The translations under genes and the position numbers were made by a program. Source: Macrostomum hystrix (Eukaryota; Animalia; Platyhelminthes). Taken from it: 64,000 bases of DNA. The DNA lies in contig CATNEN010000002.1 of the NCBI GenBank assembly GCA_950097015.1, positions 5,332,001 to 5,396,000 on the forward strand, read 5' to 3'. The number at the start of each line of letters is the position of its first letter. Position 1 is the first letter of the stretch. Positions 1 through 11,927 of this stretch are shown here, in pieces. A model generated the notes under the pieces. The model was not told the DNA's origin. It did no database searches and worked only from the letters and a program-made list of their open reading frames with translations.

Positions 1-82
1 AACTGGACATACTTAAATACTAAGTGAGTATTTAACTTTTGTGACTTTGCCAATAAGAATAAGAATAATATTAATTGATTAT

Positions 83-362
83 ACCTGCCCCAAATGCGCC
101 AGAAATGAAGCCGACAGCTCAGCCGCAGCTATTGCGCGGCGCATCTGAAGGCTGCGTACGGCTGTTCAGTCCATGGACCGGGGGGACGCCACACCTACCC
201 TCAATCACCCCAGCTGATGCTGGTACCCATTTAAACAGCTGGGTGAACTGAAGCAATACAGAGTTAAGTGTCTTGCTAATCGGCCCAAATAGTTTTAGTG
301 GTGTCGGAAATCGAACCCTCGACGTTCAAAGTCATGACGCTCTAACCACTAGGCTACAACTA
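83..362 (-). mobile_element. tRNA-derived SINE, family A
   Basis: Minus strand begins GTTGTAGCCTAGTGGTTAGAGC (A box) ... GGTTCGATTTCC (B box), followed by a body (AAGACACTTAAC...CACCCAGCTG...AAATGGGTACC...CAGCCTTCAGATGC) shared with copies at ~18.1, 26.9, 30.7, 38.5 and 54.5 kb. Confidence 0.85.
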
Positions 363-1656
363 AGCAAATATAAGCAATTTTTTGTGCCTTACAAAGCCAC
401 CGAAAATATCAATAACCGAGTTAGTGTACTCATACTTCAGTCCTTGGCGCTTCTATTTGAAGGTGCTTAACTCAAGATTTAATTCCCAATATGGGAAGAC
501 TGTTACAAATGAGACTGGACCCCATTCTCTGACACCTAAAGCGGATTTGGGACAGGTTTTGTTTGGGCAGGATTTTCTAGCGATCGAACCACCTTGGATT
601 AGGGGACAGCAGCGTCTGAATTGGTTAGGAGATTAACACGACAGCCTAGCTCGCTTGCCTGTTAATACCCTTGATCAGGTAGACAATAGGTATGCAGCAT
701 GTGGCACGTAACATTTCAGTAGAAAAGTAATGCAATGATTTACGAGCGTATTGTCCACCCGGAAGGATACAAGATACTTTCCTAATAGAGCTGCAGTTAT
801 TTTCAATGCACAACTCCGAACGATACGCAACTCAGGATCATGATTGTAGCTAGCCTCGCAGTGGGCGTTTGGGTATTATCTTTCTGGCTAATTAGATATA
901 TTCTCTTATGAAGAATGACTTCAAAGCTTCTTTTAATGTTCCGTAATTTTTGTTCTGACGGCCAAAGTTATTTGAGTTCTTTGAGCAGCTGTTTACAGAA
1001 TCTTTGAGCAGAGTCATGGATTCTGACTTAATTTGTACTTTGTAGCGATAAGAAATCAGGATAAATAACTTTGTATCTGCTTTGATAAACATGTAGCTAT
1101 TTTTAGAAGTGCAATGATGAGTCACTGCATTAGCGTTTCTATTTTTAGATTCAGTAAATTTCGCAGAGATAATAAAAATTTACCGCGACAAAAGGCCTAA
1201 CACAAGCCAAGAAAAAATAGAAATCTTCACCTTCATGAGACACAATTAATTTTTTTGGGGAAAAACTGACAAGTGAGTTGCAAATCAATTTCCAGTCTAT
1301 TTTAGACCGGTAATTTACTTAACACGGCTAGTCAAGACAAGAAAGTTTTGCTTCGATTCGTCGCAAGCAGCTGCAAAGTTTTAATTAGAAACAAACAAGA
1401 CACAGCAGTGATTAGCACAGAGGTCCACCCCTAAAATGGATTGAAATTCTTGTCCGTGATGATCAGTAATTATTGGCCACTTTTCGGGCTAGCGAAAAGA
1501 CGGGTTTGACGCATTCCTATCGACTACTGCGTCAGTTTTTGGCTATTTTAAACTCTTTTTTCTGAAGGCTATTTATAAGGCCGTGTTTAAAGTAAAGTCG
1601 GCTCTAACAGAAAATAAATTCATGATGACATTTTAGACAATCAGACGGGCAACAAA

Positions 1657-2799
1657 ATGGAATCTGCGAATCACTCAGACGACGTGGCATTCGGCAAGGT
1701 GTTCATTGTGTACGGCAACTGCTCCAAGCTGCAGACTCCACTGTTCCATCCAGACAATGGCTTCATGCAGGTCACAATGGACAGCCTGTACTTCATCAAG
1801 TGCATCGCTGCCATGGTCGGCCTGATCGTGAACCTGGTCTCCATCCGGGTCTTCATGGCATTCAAGCGACGGAGCTTGTTCATCTCCATGATCTTCTACC
1901 TGAGTGCCTGCGAGGTCTGCTTCAACGGCTCCGGCTTGTCATTCGAGCTCTTCTACCTGCTGGTTGGCAGCACCAATGGTCACCTCATGCCGATCAGCAG
2001 CTCCCTAGCCGCGTCCGAATTTCTAATCTACCTGATGTGCCAGGCCGTGTGGATTATCTACAAATCCTCGCTAATCCTGCGCAACTGGATCATTGTGCTG
2101 ATCGCGTGGCGCCGCTACCGCGCCATCAGCGCCAGCCTCAGCAGCCAACGGAGCCAGTCAAGACGCTCCATCCGGCTCAGCCTGCTGCTCGTGAGCCTGC
2201 TGGCACTGCTGCTCACAACTCCGCGAGCCTTCGAGGTGGCCTACTTCCTGTGCGCCGAGTCGCGTCAAATTGTCCAGCTGGCGCCCGCCGCCTTCGCCCA
2301 CAGTCCGAGCTACAGCGCCTACCCCAAGCTATTCTTCGTGCTCACCTCGCCAATGCCCATCGTTTGCCTGCTGGTGATCAGCACCCTGATGTCCTGCAGT
2401 CTCAGAGCTGCCGCCAACAATGCCGACTCTCTGCACGGCCCAACAAGCAGCAGCTTCAGCAGCAGCCGGGAGCCAGCCAGCCGTACAAACTCGTCCTCCA
2501 TGCGGCATCGGCGAAATCAGAACGACACCGTCAACCGGACAGTTCTGGTGCTCTGCGCCAGCTTCGTGCTCTGCGAACTGCCGATGCTCATCGCGGGAAT
2601 CATCAAAGACTTCGACTGCGGTGAGCACTGCCTAAAAGTGCACGTGTTCATCGGCCTGGCCAATACCCTGACTAGCATGGATTCTTTCGCCAATTTCGTA
2701 GTCTACTTCGTGTCGATTCGGTCGTTTAGAAATAAACTCCTGCCCTGCTTTGACAGGGAGCGGGCCCGAGAGGAGTCGGTGCAGCTTCGGCGAGTGTAA
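1657..2799 (+). CDS. Rhodopsin-family (class A) GPCR, FMRFamide/Srw peptide-receptor-like, single coding exon, 380 aa
   Basis: Seven hydrophobic segments; TM1 GLIVNLVS, TM2 YLSACEV, TM3 end IAWRRYRAI (DRY position), TM6 FVLCELP, TM7 DSFANFVVY followed by FRNKL helix 8; GC-rich codons. Family assignment from motif recall, no search run. Confidence 0.88.
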   Translation: MESANHSDDVAFGKVFIVYGNCSKLQTPLFHPDNGFMQVTMDSLYFIKCIAAMVGLIVNLVSIRVFMAFKRRSLFISMIFYLSACEVCFNGSGLSFELFYLLVGSTNGHLMPISSSLAASEFLIYLMCQAVWIIYKSSLILRNWIIVLIAWRRYRAISASLSSQRSQSRRSIRLSLLLVSLLALLLTTPRAFEVAYFLCAESRQIVQLAPAAFAHSPSYSAYPKLFFVLTSPMPIVCLLVISTLMSCSLRAAANNADSLHGPTSSSFSSSREPASRTNSSSMRHRRNQNDTVNRTVLVLCASFVLCELPMLIAGIIKDFDCGEHCLKVHVFIGLANTLTSMDSFANFVVYFVSIRSFRNKLLPCFDRERAREESVQLRRV

Positions 2800-2810
2800 G
2801 GCTCTGGTTT

Positions 2811-3090
2811 CCAAGGGTGTGCAGTGTCCAAGGGTGTACAGTGGACCTCCGGTGTCCAAGGGTGTGCAGTGGACCTCCTGTGTCCAAAGGTGTGCAGTGT
2901 CCAAGGGTGTGCAGTGTCCAAGGGTGTGCAGTGGACCTCCTGTGTCCAAGGGTGTGCAGTGGACCTCCTGTGTCCAAGGGTGTGCAGTGTTCAAGGGTGG
3001 GCAGTGTTCAAGGGTGTGCAGTGTTCAAGGGTGTGCAGTGGACCTCCTGTGTTCTAGGGTGTGCAGTGTTCAAGGGTGTGCAGTGGATCT
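2811..3090. repeat. Minisatellite of 17/28-bp units (GTGTGCAGTGTCCAAGG / GTGTGCAGTGGACCTCCTGTGTCCAAGG) in the GPCR 3' region
   Basis: Tandem units begin ~12 bp after the GPCR stop; explains the overlapping repetitive ORFs. Confidence 0.95.
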
Positions 3091-3800
3091 CTGTTTCGGA
3101 GTTAATCAAATCAGTTTTTGATAGCAGGTAGAATGTTTGTAACATAGTAGTGCATTGGTTACTAATCTGCGTAGAGCCACTTGTGTTCCTGAAGGATTTT
3201 TTGATGAAGTGGTTGTGATTAGGTATGCTGTTTATCTGCTGAACACAGAAGATCGTGATTTGGTCTTTATGGGTCGGTGACCTTTCGCAAATTGATGCCC
3301 TCAGTGTGAATAAGAACATTAATGTTGAACATGGCAAATTGGTAAAAACCGAGATTATTATTTTGTTGTGTGTCAAGATGTCGTACTTAAACTAGCAAGC
3401 GGGATTGAATAGTTTTTTAACTTGCTCTGTGTTCGACTATCGCTGACTTTGTTGACAGTTGCGATGCAACTAGAATTCAAGAAAACTTGTTAGTTTAGTC
3501 AGTGTAAATTGCAAATTTTGTTAAATATATGCATGCAACAAGAGTTTTGCTGCGTAAAATATGCATTCGATATTTACCTTTTTTCTTGCTCTGTTTTCTT
3601 TTAAAGTTCGAAATAGGTCGCAAAATAATACCGCGATATCCCGAAATCTTGAATATTTATCAACCAATCAGAATAACCCACTTCCAGAATGACAAAACAT
3701 CGGCATCGTCCAGGTATTCAACCAATATAGGCCTAACTTATCTAGTCACAAAAAGTCATCATGTAACCATGCTAATTGCTAATTGCTAATTATTATAATA

Positions 3801-4452
3801 TACTCAGCAACAGCTAAAACCCCCCAACTCACGCAGTCACAAACCCCCTAACTCACGCAGTCACACGGCCCAAAAGTTTTGTATGCCATCGGTGACTCAG
3901 AAATGTGTGAAGGCTGCCGCCGCCAGACGCGAGCGCAAAGTGCGGCATGGGGGATTTGGGGAGGGGGTGGCGCAACTCAACCCACTACTCAACCAACTCA
4001 ACCAACCCGCTACAGCAGCAGTTTCTGCCATTTGCTACGACAACCTTTGGCGGCCCGCAGAACTGCATGCTTCAAGACGACAACGCTGCGCCACATCGAG
4101 CAGCACACGTGCAGCTGCTGAAGGAGCAGCTCGGCGTTCGCACATTGAACTGGTTGTCAAAGTATCCAGACATGAACCCCATCGAGCATGTCTGGGACTT
4201 TGTAAAGCGAAGAGTTCAGCAGGATGCCCCACATAATGCTGAACAGTTGCGACTGGCGGTGCTGAATGCCTGGCAGCAGCTGCCCCAAGAGTTCATCAAC
4301 CGGCTGGTGATCAGGATGCCACGACGAGTCACGGCACTTTTGCATGCTCGTGGTTCCTACACACGATACTGAGACTAGAATTAAAGACATTGCTTAACTT
4401 TTGTGTCCGTGTGACAGCGTGAGTTAGGGGTGTTTTGAGCTGTTGCTGAGTA
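3801..4452 (+). mobile_element. Internally deleted Tc1/mariner (DD34E) element
   Basis: TA target duplication (3799-3800, 4453-4454); inverted termini TACTCAGCAACAGCT(C)AAAAC..CCCCTAACTCACGC.GTCACACGG; internal transposase C-terminus LQDDNAAPH...PDMNPIEHVW...RRVTALLHARGSYTRY with 34 residues between D and E; N-terminal half missing and frameshifted. Confidence 0.93.
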
Positions 4453-6576
4453 TATTGAACCTTATCTGGCTTTGAAAGCTATGGTGGACTTTCAGTAAAA
4501 ATCGGTCATTCGGTTTGGGAGCTATCTTGAAGTAGGCAGTGGGTATTTAATTATATCCCCGTGGTCTATCCATTGTCAAATTCTAAATACGTAGGCAAAC
4601 CGATGATACTATGAGTGGCTTGTGATTTATATTTCTAATAATACTTTCCCGATGCCACTAAATATACCACTGCAGTGAAAATACAGCAGAGCAGAACGGA
4701 AATCAGGGACCCCGGTTCCAAATTAAAGCATTGATTTGTAGATTTTGAAAAAAATAAACAATAACGCAACGGTGGAACAAGTACTGCCAAAATGCTTGCG
4801 TTTTAATAATAAACTATACCACGTTTCAAAAGCTTTTTAGAAACCGAAATATCGATTTTAGAGGCAGATAGATAGACTCAGAAGGTAGATCATGAGCTAT
4901 TGAGATACGTGTAGAGGATTGTCGCATTGTATAACCGAAGTAATTTTCCAATGATTCTTCTGCATAGCGGCAGAAACTTTTTCTGGCCTAAATTTGAGCC
5001 ACTTACCAGAGAAATTTGCTTTCTAGCCAAGAAACAGTTGACTTTCCAAGACTTTGCTTGGCACAAGACTTCCCACATCCGGGGTTACGACTGTATTAAA
5101 TCCCATGGGAGCCTGCCCTGAGTTGCAAGGGCTAAACGGAATGGAAAGGAACAACAAGAAGAAGAGCTCGGCGTTCTCTACTTGCGTCGAGATTCCCGAT
5201 TTTCTTGAACGCATGATTCGGATTGCCGGCCGGCCGTGGCATTCGGATTGCCAATTTCCAGGAAATTGGCAGTGGCACGAGAAAGCCAGTTGTCGCCTCA
5301 TCCAGTTGATGCTGCGGCTCTTGGGAAAGCTGTCAACTAAGATAAGAACATTGTGTAGGATCCTCGCGAACTGTCACACCAGAGCGTGCCTGAACTGATG
5401 CGTACAAAAATTGCAATTTAAAAACCGAAATTCAAATTCCAATGTGCCGTCAATTTTGTTAGGTCATTTTTCTATGTGGTTTAATGCACACTCAATGGAA
5501 AATCGAAATTAGTCTTAAGCTCTAACCAGCTATCAAATGTCTCATCCCAGTTTTATTGTGCCTCTTTTTTGAGTCTTCGAGTACTTTGTTCGTTTCTCTC
5601 GTTCAAATAAGGAACATTTTTTCTTTTTGGGTGGAGGAGTGTTGCGACTTTAGTCTGTTGTCTGCCCTCTCTATTCACGCTTTTGTTCTCTGCACTTTTC
5701 TTGTTTACCTCGTACAGTTTAATATAGCTCTTTCTCTCTCATTCTCTCTCCCTTCCTCCTTTCTGATTGGTCACCACCTCACCCCAACTGCTAAACATTC
5801 TTTTTTCTCTAACCCTCTGTCTTACCCCTCCCCTAAGAGCTTCGTAAGCCAAAAATCTAATATCACATGACAGGACCCTATATAAGTAGATAGTGCTATT
5901 TTTAGCAACAAACTGATAGTGTCACGTGATGTTTACATTAGATATCACCGCCTAGTAGGTTTACAAACAATAATTTAAAGCTGTGTTCTAGAATATTCAG
6001 TACATGTGCTACTTTGTTTAGGCGCAACATAATACCTATGACGAATAAGGGATTTCATGGGACTTTTAAACTGCTAAAAGCCTACAGAAGGAAGAATTCA
6101 AACAAGGACCACAAATGACGGCTGTTACGAATCTGTGGTTCAATTTTTCAAATATTAAATTGCTTTAAAGTGAAATTGTTGGGCCGGAACTGAGCAATTC
6201 AAATTCGACTGATAAATGAATGCACATCAGTTTTCGATAATTTATGACCATACAGCTGGTGTGCAGAAATGGGACTGAGACAAGACAGATCCACAAGGAC
6301 AAAATGCATCGCAGTCTGCCCTTCATCGTGTTTTTTGCTTAGCAATAGCGCACGATTTACAAGTGCCAACAGACAGGGGACACGATTTTGATAAAGAAGT
6401 ACATAAAGTATATTTTACTCGATTAAAATCCGCAAAAGTTATTCAGGAAAATTAAAAGCAATCAACTGATTGAATATTAATCTCATCAGCTTGGTCAAAA
6501 ACATTTCTTGCCATTCTTTAGTTTAAACCTTAATGATAATTGAAAGGCGAGTCACCAACTTGTCCTTGATATGAAC

Positions 6577-9500
6577 TCAAGACCAGTCTTTGAGTAAGGC
6601 TCCAGGCGTGTCTTTGAGTAAGGCTCCAGACCAGTCTTTGAGTAAGGCTCAAGACGTGTCTTTGAGTAAGGCTCCAGGCGTGTCTTTGAGTAAGGCTCCA
6701 GACCAGTCTTTGAGTAAGGCTCCAGGCGTGTCTTTAAGTAAGGCTCCAGACCAGTCTTTGAGTAAGGCTCAAGACGTGTCTTTGAGTAAGGCTCAAGACT
6801 TTTCTTTGAGTAAGGCTCAAGACGTGTCTTTGAGTAAGGCTCAAGACGTGTCTTTGAGTAAGGCTCAAGACGTGTCTTTGAGTAAGGCTCCAGACGTGTC
6901 TTTGAGTAAGGCTCCAGGCGTGTCTTTGAGTAAGGCTCCAGACCAGTCTTTGAGTAAGGCTCAAGACGTGTCTTTGAGTAAGGCTCAAGACTTTTCTTTG
7001 AGTAAGGCTCAAGACGTGTCTTTGAGTAAGGCTCAAGACGTGTCTTTGAGTAAGGCTCAAGACGTGTCTTTGAGTAAGGCTCCAGACGTGTCTTTGAGTA
7101 AGGCTCCAGGCATGTCTTTGAGTAAGGCTCCAAGCGTGTCTTTGAGTAAGGCTCCAGGCGTGTCTTTGAGTAAGGCTCCAGGCGTGTCTTTGAGTAAGGC
7201 TCCAGGCGTGCCTTTGAGCAAGGCTCAAGGCGTGTCTTTGAGTAAGTCTCCAGGCGTGTCTTTGAGCAAGGCTCAAGACGTGTCTTTGAGTAAGGCACCA
7301 GACGTGTCTTTGAGTAAGGCTCCAGCGTGTCTTTGAGTAAGGCTCCAGACGTGTCTTTGAGTAAGGCTCAAGACGTGTCTTTGAGTAAGGCTCAAGACGT
7401 GTCTTTGAGTAAGGCTCCAGACCTGTCTTTGAGTAAGGCACCAGACTTGTCTTTGAGTAAGGCACCAGGCGTGTCTTTGAGTGAGGCTCAAGACTTTTCT
7501 TTGAGTAAGGCACGAGACGTGTCTTTGAGTAAGGCTCAAGACGTGTCTTTGAGTAAGGCTCAGTGCGTGTCTTTGAGTAAGGCTCAAGACGTGTCTTTGA
7601 GTAAGGCTCCAGGCGTGTCTTTGAGCAAGGCTCAAGGCGTGTCTTTGAGTAAGGCTCAAGGCGTGTCTTTGAGTAAGGCTCAAGACGTGTCTTTGAGTAA
7701 GGCTCAAGACGTGTCTTTGAGTAAGGCTCAAGACGTGTCTTTGAGTAAGACTCAAGACGTGTCTTTGAGTAAGGCTCCAGACGTGTCTTTGAGTAAGGCA
7801 CCAGGCGTGTCTTTGAGTAAGGCTCAAGACTTTTCTTTGAGTAAGGCACCAGACGTGTCTTTGAGTAAGGCTCCAGGCGTATCTTTGAGTAAGGCTCAAG
7901 ACGTGTCTTTGAGTAAGGCACCAGGCGTGTCTTTGAGTAAGGCTCCAGGCGAGTCTTTGAGTAAGGCTGAAAACGTGTCTTTAAGCAAGGCACCAGGCGT
8001 GTCTTTGAGTGAGGCTCAAGACGTGTCTTTGAGTAAGGCTCAAGACGTGTCTTTGAGTAAGGCACCAGACGTGTCTTTGAGTAAGGCACCAGACGTGTCT
8101 TTGAGTAAGGCACCAGACGTGTCTTTGAGTAAGGCACCAGACGTGTCTTTGAGTAAGGCTCAAGACGTGTCTTTGAGTAAGGCTCAAGACGTGTCTTTGA
8201 GTAAGGCACCAGGCGTGTCTTTGAGTGAGGCTCAAGACTTTTCTTTGAGTAAGGCACCAGACGTGTCTTTGAGTAAGGCACCAGACGTGTCTTTGAGTAA
8301 GGCTCAAGACGTGTCTTTGAGTAAGGCTCAAGACGTGTCTTTGAGTAAGGCTCAAGGCGTGTCTTTGAGTAAGGCTCAAGACGTGTCTTTGAGTAAGGCT
8401 CAAGACGTGTCTTTGAGTAAGGCTCAAGACGTGTCTTTGAGTAAGGCTCCAGCGTGTCTTTGAGTAAGGCTCCAGACGTGTCTTTGAGCAAGGCTCAAGA
8501 CGTGTCTTTGAGTAAGGCACCAGACGTGTCTTTGAGTAAGGCTCCAGCGTGTCTTTGAGCAAGGCTCAAGACCTGTCTTTGAGTAAGGCACCAGGCGTGT
8601 CTTTGAGTAAGGCTCCAGCGTGTCTTTGAGTAAGGCTCCAGACGTGTCTTTGAGTAAGGCTCAAGACGTGTCTTTGAGTAAGGCACCAGGCGTGTCTTTG
8701 AGTGAGGCTCAAGACTTTTCTTTGAGTAAGGCACCAGGCGTGTCTTTGAGTAAGGCTCAAGACGTGTCCTTGAGTAAGGCTCAAGACGTGTCTTTGAGTA
8801 AGGCTCAAGACGTGTCTTTAAGTAAGGCTCAAGACGTGTCTTTGAGTAAGGCTCAAGACGTGTCTTTGAGTAAGGCTCCAGGCGTGTCTTTGAGCAAGGC
8901 TCAAGACGTGTCTTTGAGCAAGGCTCAAGACGTGTCTTTGAGTAAGGCACTAGACGTGTCTTTGAGTAAGGCTCCAGCGTGTCTTTGAGTGAGGCTCAAG
9001 ACGTGTCTTTGAGTAAGGCACCAGGCGTGTCTTTGAGTGAGGCTCAAGACTTTTCTTTGAGTAAGGCACCAGACGTGTCTTTGAGTAAGGCTCCAGGCGT
9101 ATCTTTGAGTAAGGCTCAAGACGTGTCTTTGAGTAAGGCACCAGGCGTGTCTTTGAGTAAGGCTCAAGGCGTGTCTTTGAGTAAGGCTCAAGACGTGTCT
9201 TTGAGTAAGGCTCAAGACGTGTCTTTGAGTAAGGCTCCAGACGTGTCTTTGAGTAAGGCTCCAGGCGTGTCTTTGAGTAAGGCTCCAGGCGTGTCTTTGA
9301 GTAAGGCTCCAGGCGTGTCTTTGAGTAAGGCTCCAGGCGTGTCTTTGAGTAAGGCTCCAGGCGTATCTTTGAGTAAGGCTCAAGACGTGTCTTTGAGCAA
9401 GGCTCCAGGCGTGTCTTTGAGTGAGGCACCAGACGTGTCTTTGAGTAAGGCTCAAGACGTGTCTTTGAGCAAGGCTCCAGACGTGTCTTTGAGCAAGGCT

Positions 9501-11483
9501 CAAGACGTGTCTTTGAGTAAGGCACTAGACGTGTCTTTGAGTAAGGCTCCAGCGTGTCTTTGAGTAAGGCTCAAGACGTGTCTTTGATTAAGGCTCAAGA
9601 CGTGTCTTTGAGTAAGGCTCCAGCGTGTCTTTGAGTAAGGCTCAAGACGTGTCTTTGAGTAAGGCTCAAGACGTGTCATTGAGCAAGGCTCCAGGCGTGT
9701 CTTTGAGCAAGGCACCAGACGTGTCTTTGAGTAAGGCACCAGACGTGTCTTTGAGTAAGGCACCAGACGTGTCTTTGAGTAAGGCACCAGACGTGTCTTT
9801 GAGTAAGGCTCAAGACGTGTCTTTGAGTAAGGCTCAAGACGTGTCTTTGAGTAAGGCTCAAGACGTGTCTTTGAGTAAGGCTCAAGACGTGTCTTTGAGT
9901 AAGGCTCCAGGCGTGTCTTTGAGCAAGGCTCAAAACGTGTCTTTGAGCAAGGCTCAAGACGTGTCTTTGAGTAAGGCACCAGACGTGTCTTTGAGTAAGG
10001 CTCCAGCGTGTCTTTGAGCAAGGCTCAAGACCTGTCTTTGAGTAAGGCTCCAGGCGTGTCTTTGAGTAAGGCTCCAGCGTGTCTTTGAGTAAGGCTCCAG
10101 ACGTGTCTTTGAGTAAGGCTCAAGACGTGTCTTTGAGTAAGGCACCAGGCGTGTCTTTGAGTAAGGCTCAAGACGTGTCCTTGAGTAAGGCTCAAGACGT
10201 GTCTTTGAGTAAGGCTCAAGACGTGTCTTTAAGTAAGGCTCAAGACGTGTCTTTGAGTAAGGCTCCAGGCGTGTCTTTGAGCAAGGCTCAAGACGTGTCT
10301 TTGAGCAAGGCTCAAGACGTGTCTTTGAGTAAGGCACTAGACGTGTCTTTGAGTAAGGCTCCAGCGTGTCTTTGAGTGAGGCTCAAGACGTGTCTTTGAG
10401 TAAGGCACCAGGCGCGTCTTTGAGTGAGGCTCAAGACTTTTCTTTGAGTAAGGCACCAGACGTGTCTTTGAGTAAGGCTCCAGGCGTATCTTTGAGTAAG
10501 GCTCAAGACGTGTCTTTGAGTAAGGCACCAGGCGTGTCTTTGAGTAAGGCTCAAGGCGTGTCTTTGAGTAAGGCTCCAGACGTGTCTTTGAGCAAGGCTC
10601 AAGACGTGTCTTTGAGTAAGGCACTAGACGTGTCTTTGAGTAAGGCTCCAGCGTGTCTTTGAGTAAGGCTCAAGACGTGTCTTTGAGTAAGGCACCAGGC
10701 GTGTCTTTGAGTAAGGCTCCAGCGTGTCTTTGAATAAGGCTCCAGACGTGTCTTTGAGTAAGGCTCAAGACGTGTCTTTGAGTAAGGCACTAGCGTGTCT
10801 TTGAGTAAGGCTCCAGACGTGTCTTTGAGTAAGGCTCAAGACGTGTCTTTGAGTAAGGCACCAGGCGTGTCTTTGAGTGAGGCTCAAGACTTTTCTTTGA
10901 GTAAGGCACCAGACGTGTCTTTGAGTAAGGCTCCAGGCGAATCTTTGAGTAAGGCTCAAGACGTGTCTTTGAGTAAGGCACCAGGCGTGTCTTTGAGTAA
11001 GGCTCCAGGCGAGTCTTTGAGTAAGGCTGAAAACGTGTCTTTGAGCAAGGCACCAGGCGTGTCTTTGAGTAAGGCTCAAGACGTGTCTTTGAGCAAGGCT
11101 CCAGGCGTGTCTTTGAGTGAGGCACCAGACGTGTCTTTGAGTAAGGCTCAAGACGTGTCTTTGAGTAAGGCTCAAGACGTGTCTTTGAGTAAGGCACCAG
11201 ACGTGTCTTTGAGTAAGGCTCAAGACGTGTCTTTGAGTAAGGCTCAAGACGTGTCTTTGAGTAAGGCACCAGGCGTGTCTTTGAGTGAGGCTCAAGACTT
11301 TTCTTTGAGTAAGGCACCAGACGTGTCTTTGAGTAAGGCTCAAGACGTGTCTTTGAGTAAGGCTCAAGGCGTGTCTTTGAGTAAGGCTCCAGGCGTGTCT
11401 TTGAGCAAGGCTCAAGGCGTGTCTTTGAGTAAGGCTCAAGGCGTGTCTTTGAGTAAGGCTCAAGACGTGTCTTTGAGTAAGGC
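6577..11483. repeat. ~4.9-kb minisatellite, 24-bp unit GTGTCTTTGAGTAAGGCTCAAGAC with variant units
   Basis: About 200 tandem units; occasional 23-bp units shift frame; gives SLSKAQDV / EPYSKTRL / LTQRHVLS pseudo-ORFs. Confidence 0.98.
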
Positions 11484-11927
11484 TTACATGGGTCATTTAG
11501 TTCAACTTCCGACCTTGCTGTAGGCTTGATCTGTCTTGATGAAATATACTTTTGCTCTTCTGTGCTATTGTAAAAAGTGCATGGTTGAATCTTGAAAGAA
11601 AAATTTTCTTCTCTAAGTCCTTTTCATGTCGACTGTGTAGAAGTTCTCATCATCTTCCTGAACAACTCGACTGCAAACGCCCCTAATGAAAGGGAGAAAG
11701 AGACCAGACCCAGAGCTTTCGCTCTAAAAGAAGACAGGAAGAGAGGAGAAAATGTTTTGTAGGGCCAGCCTCTTTGGCAGTCTGCAGCGGGCTCATTTGT
11801 AGTACAATGTCCCTTGTAGTACGAGGAGACAATTGTGCCCATTGCCTAAAATTTCACTTGGAAGCAATGACCTATAGGCACTCGTCGGCCATTGCGTAGA
11901 ATTAATTGCCCCGTGGCAATGGGGTTC

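Noticed and set aside
83-362. tRNA genes at the SINE heads (also 18.1, 30.9, 38.6, 54.5 kb)
   Set aside because: A/B boxes are present but acceptor and anticodon stems are degenerate and each head is fused to a shared SINE body.
740-850. Possible LINE reverse-transcriptase C-terminal relic (RYFPNRAAVIFNAQL)
   Set aside because: Too short and degenerate to support without a database search.
1671-2635. Alternative-frame and antisense ORFs overlapping the GPCR
   Set aside because: Shadows of GC-rich codon usage in the real CDS.
6552-11523. Many long ORFs (up to 585 aa) on both strands
   Set aside because: All are translations of the 24-bp unit; frames break at 23-bp units and there is no unique coding flank.
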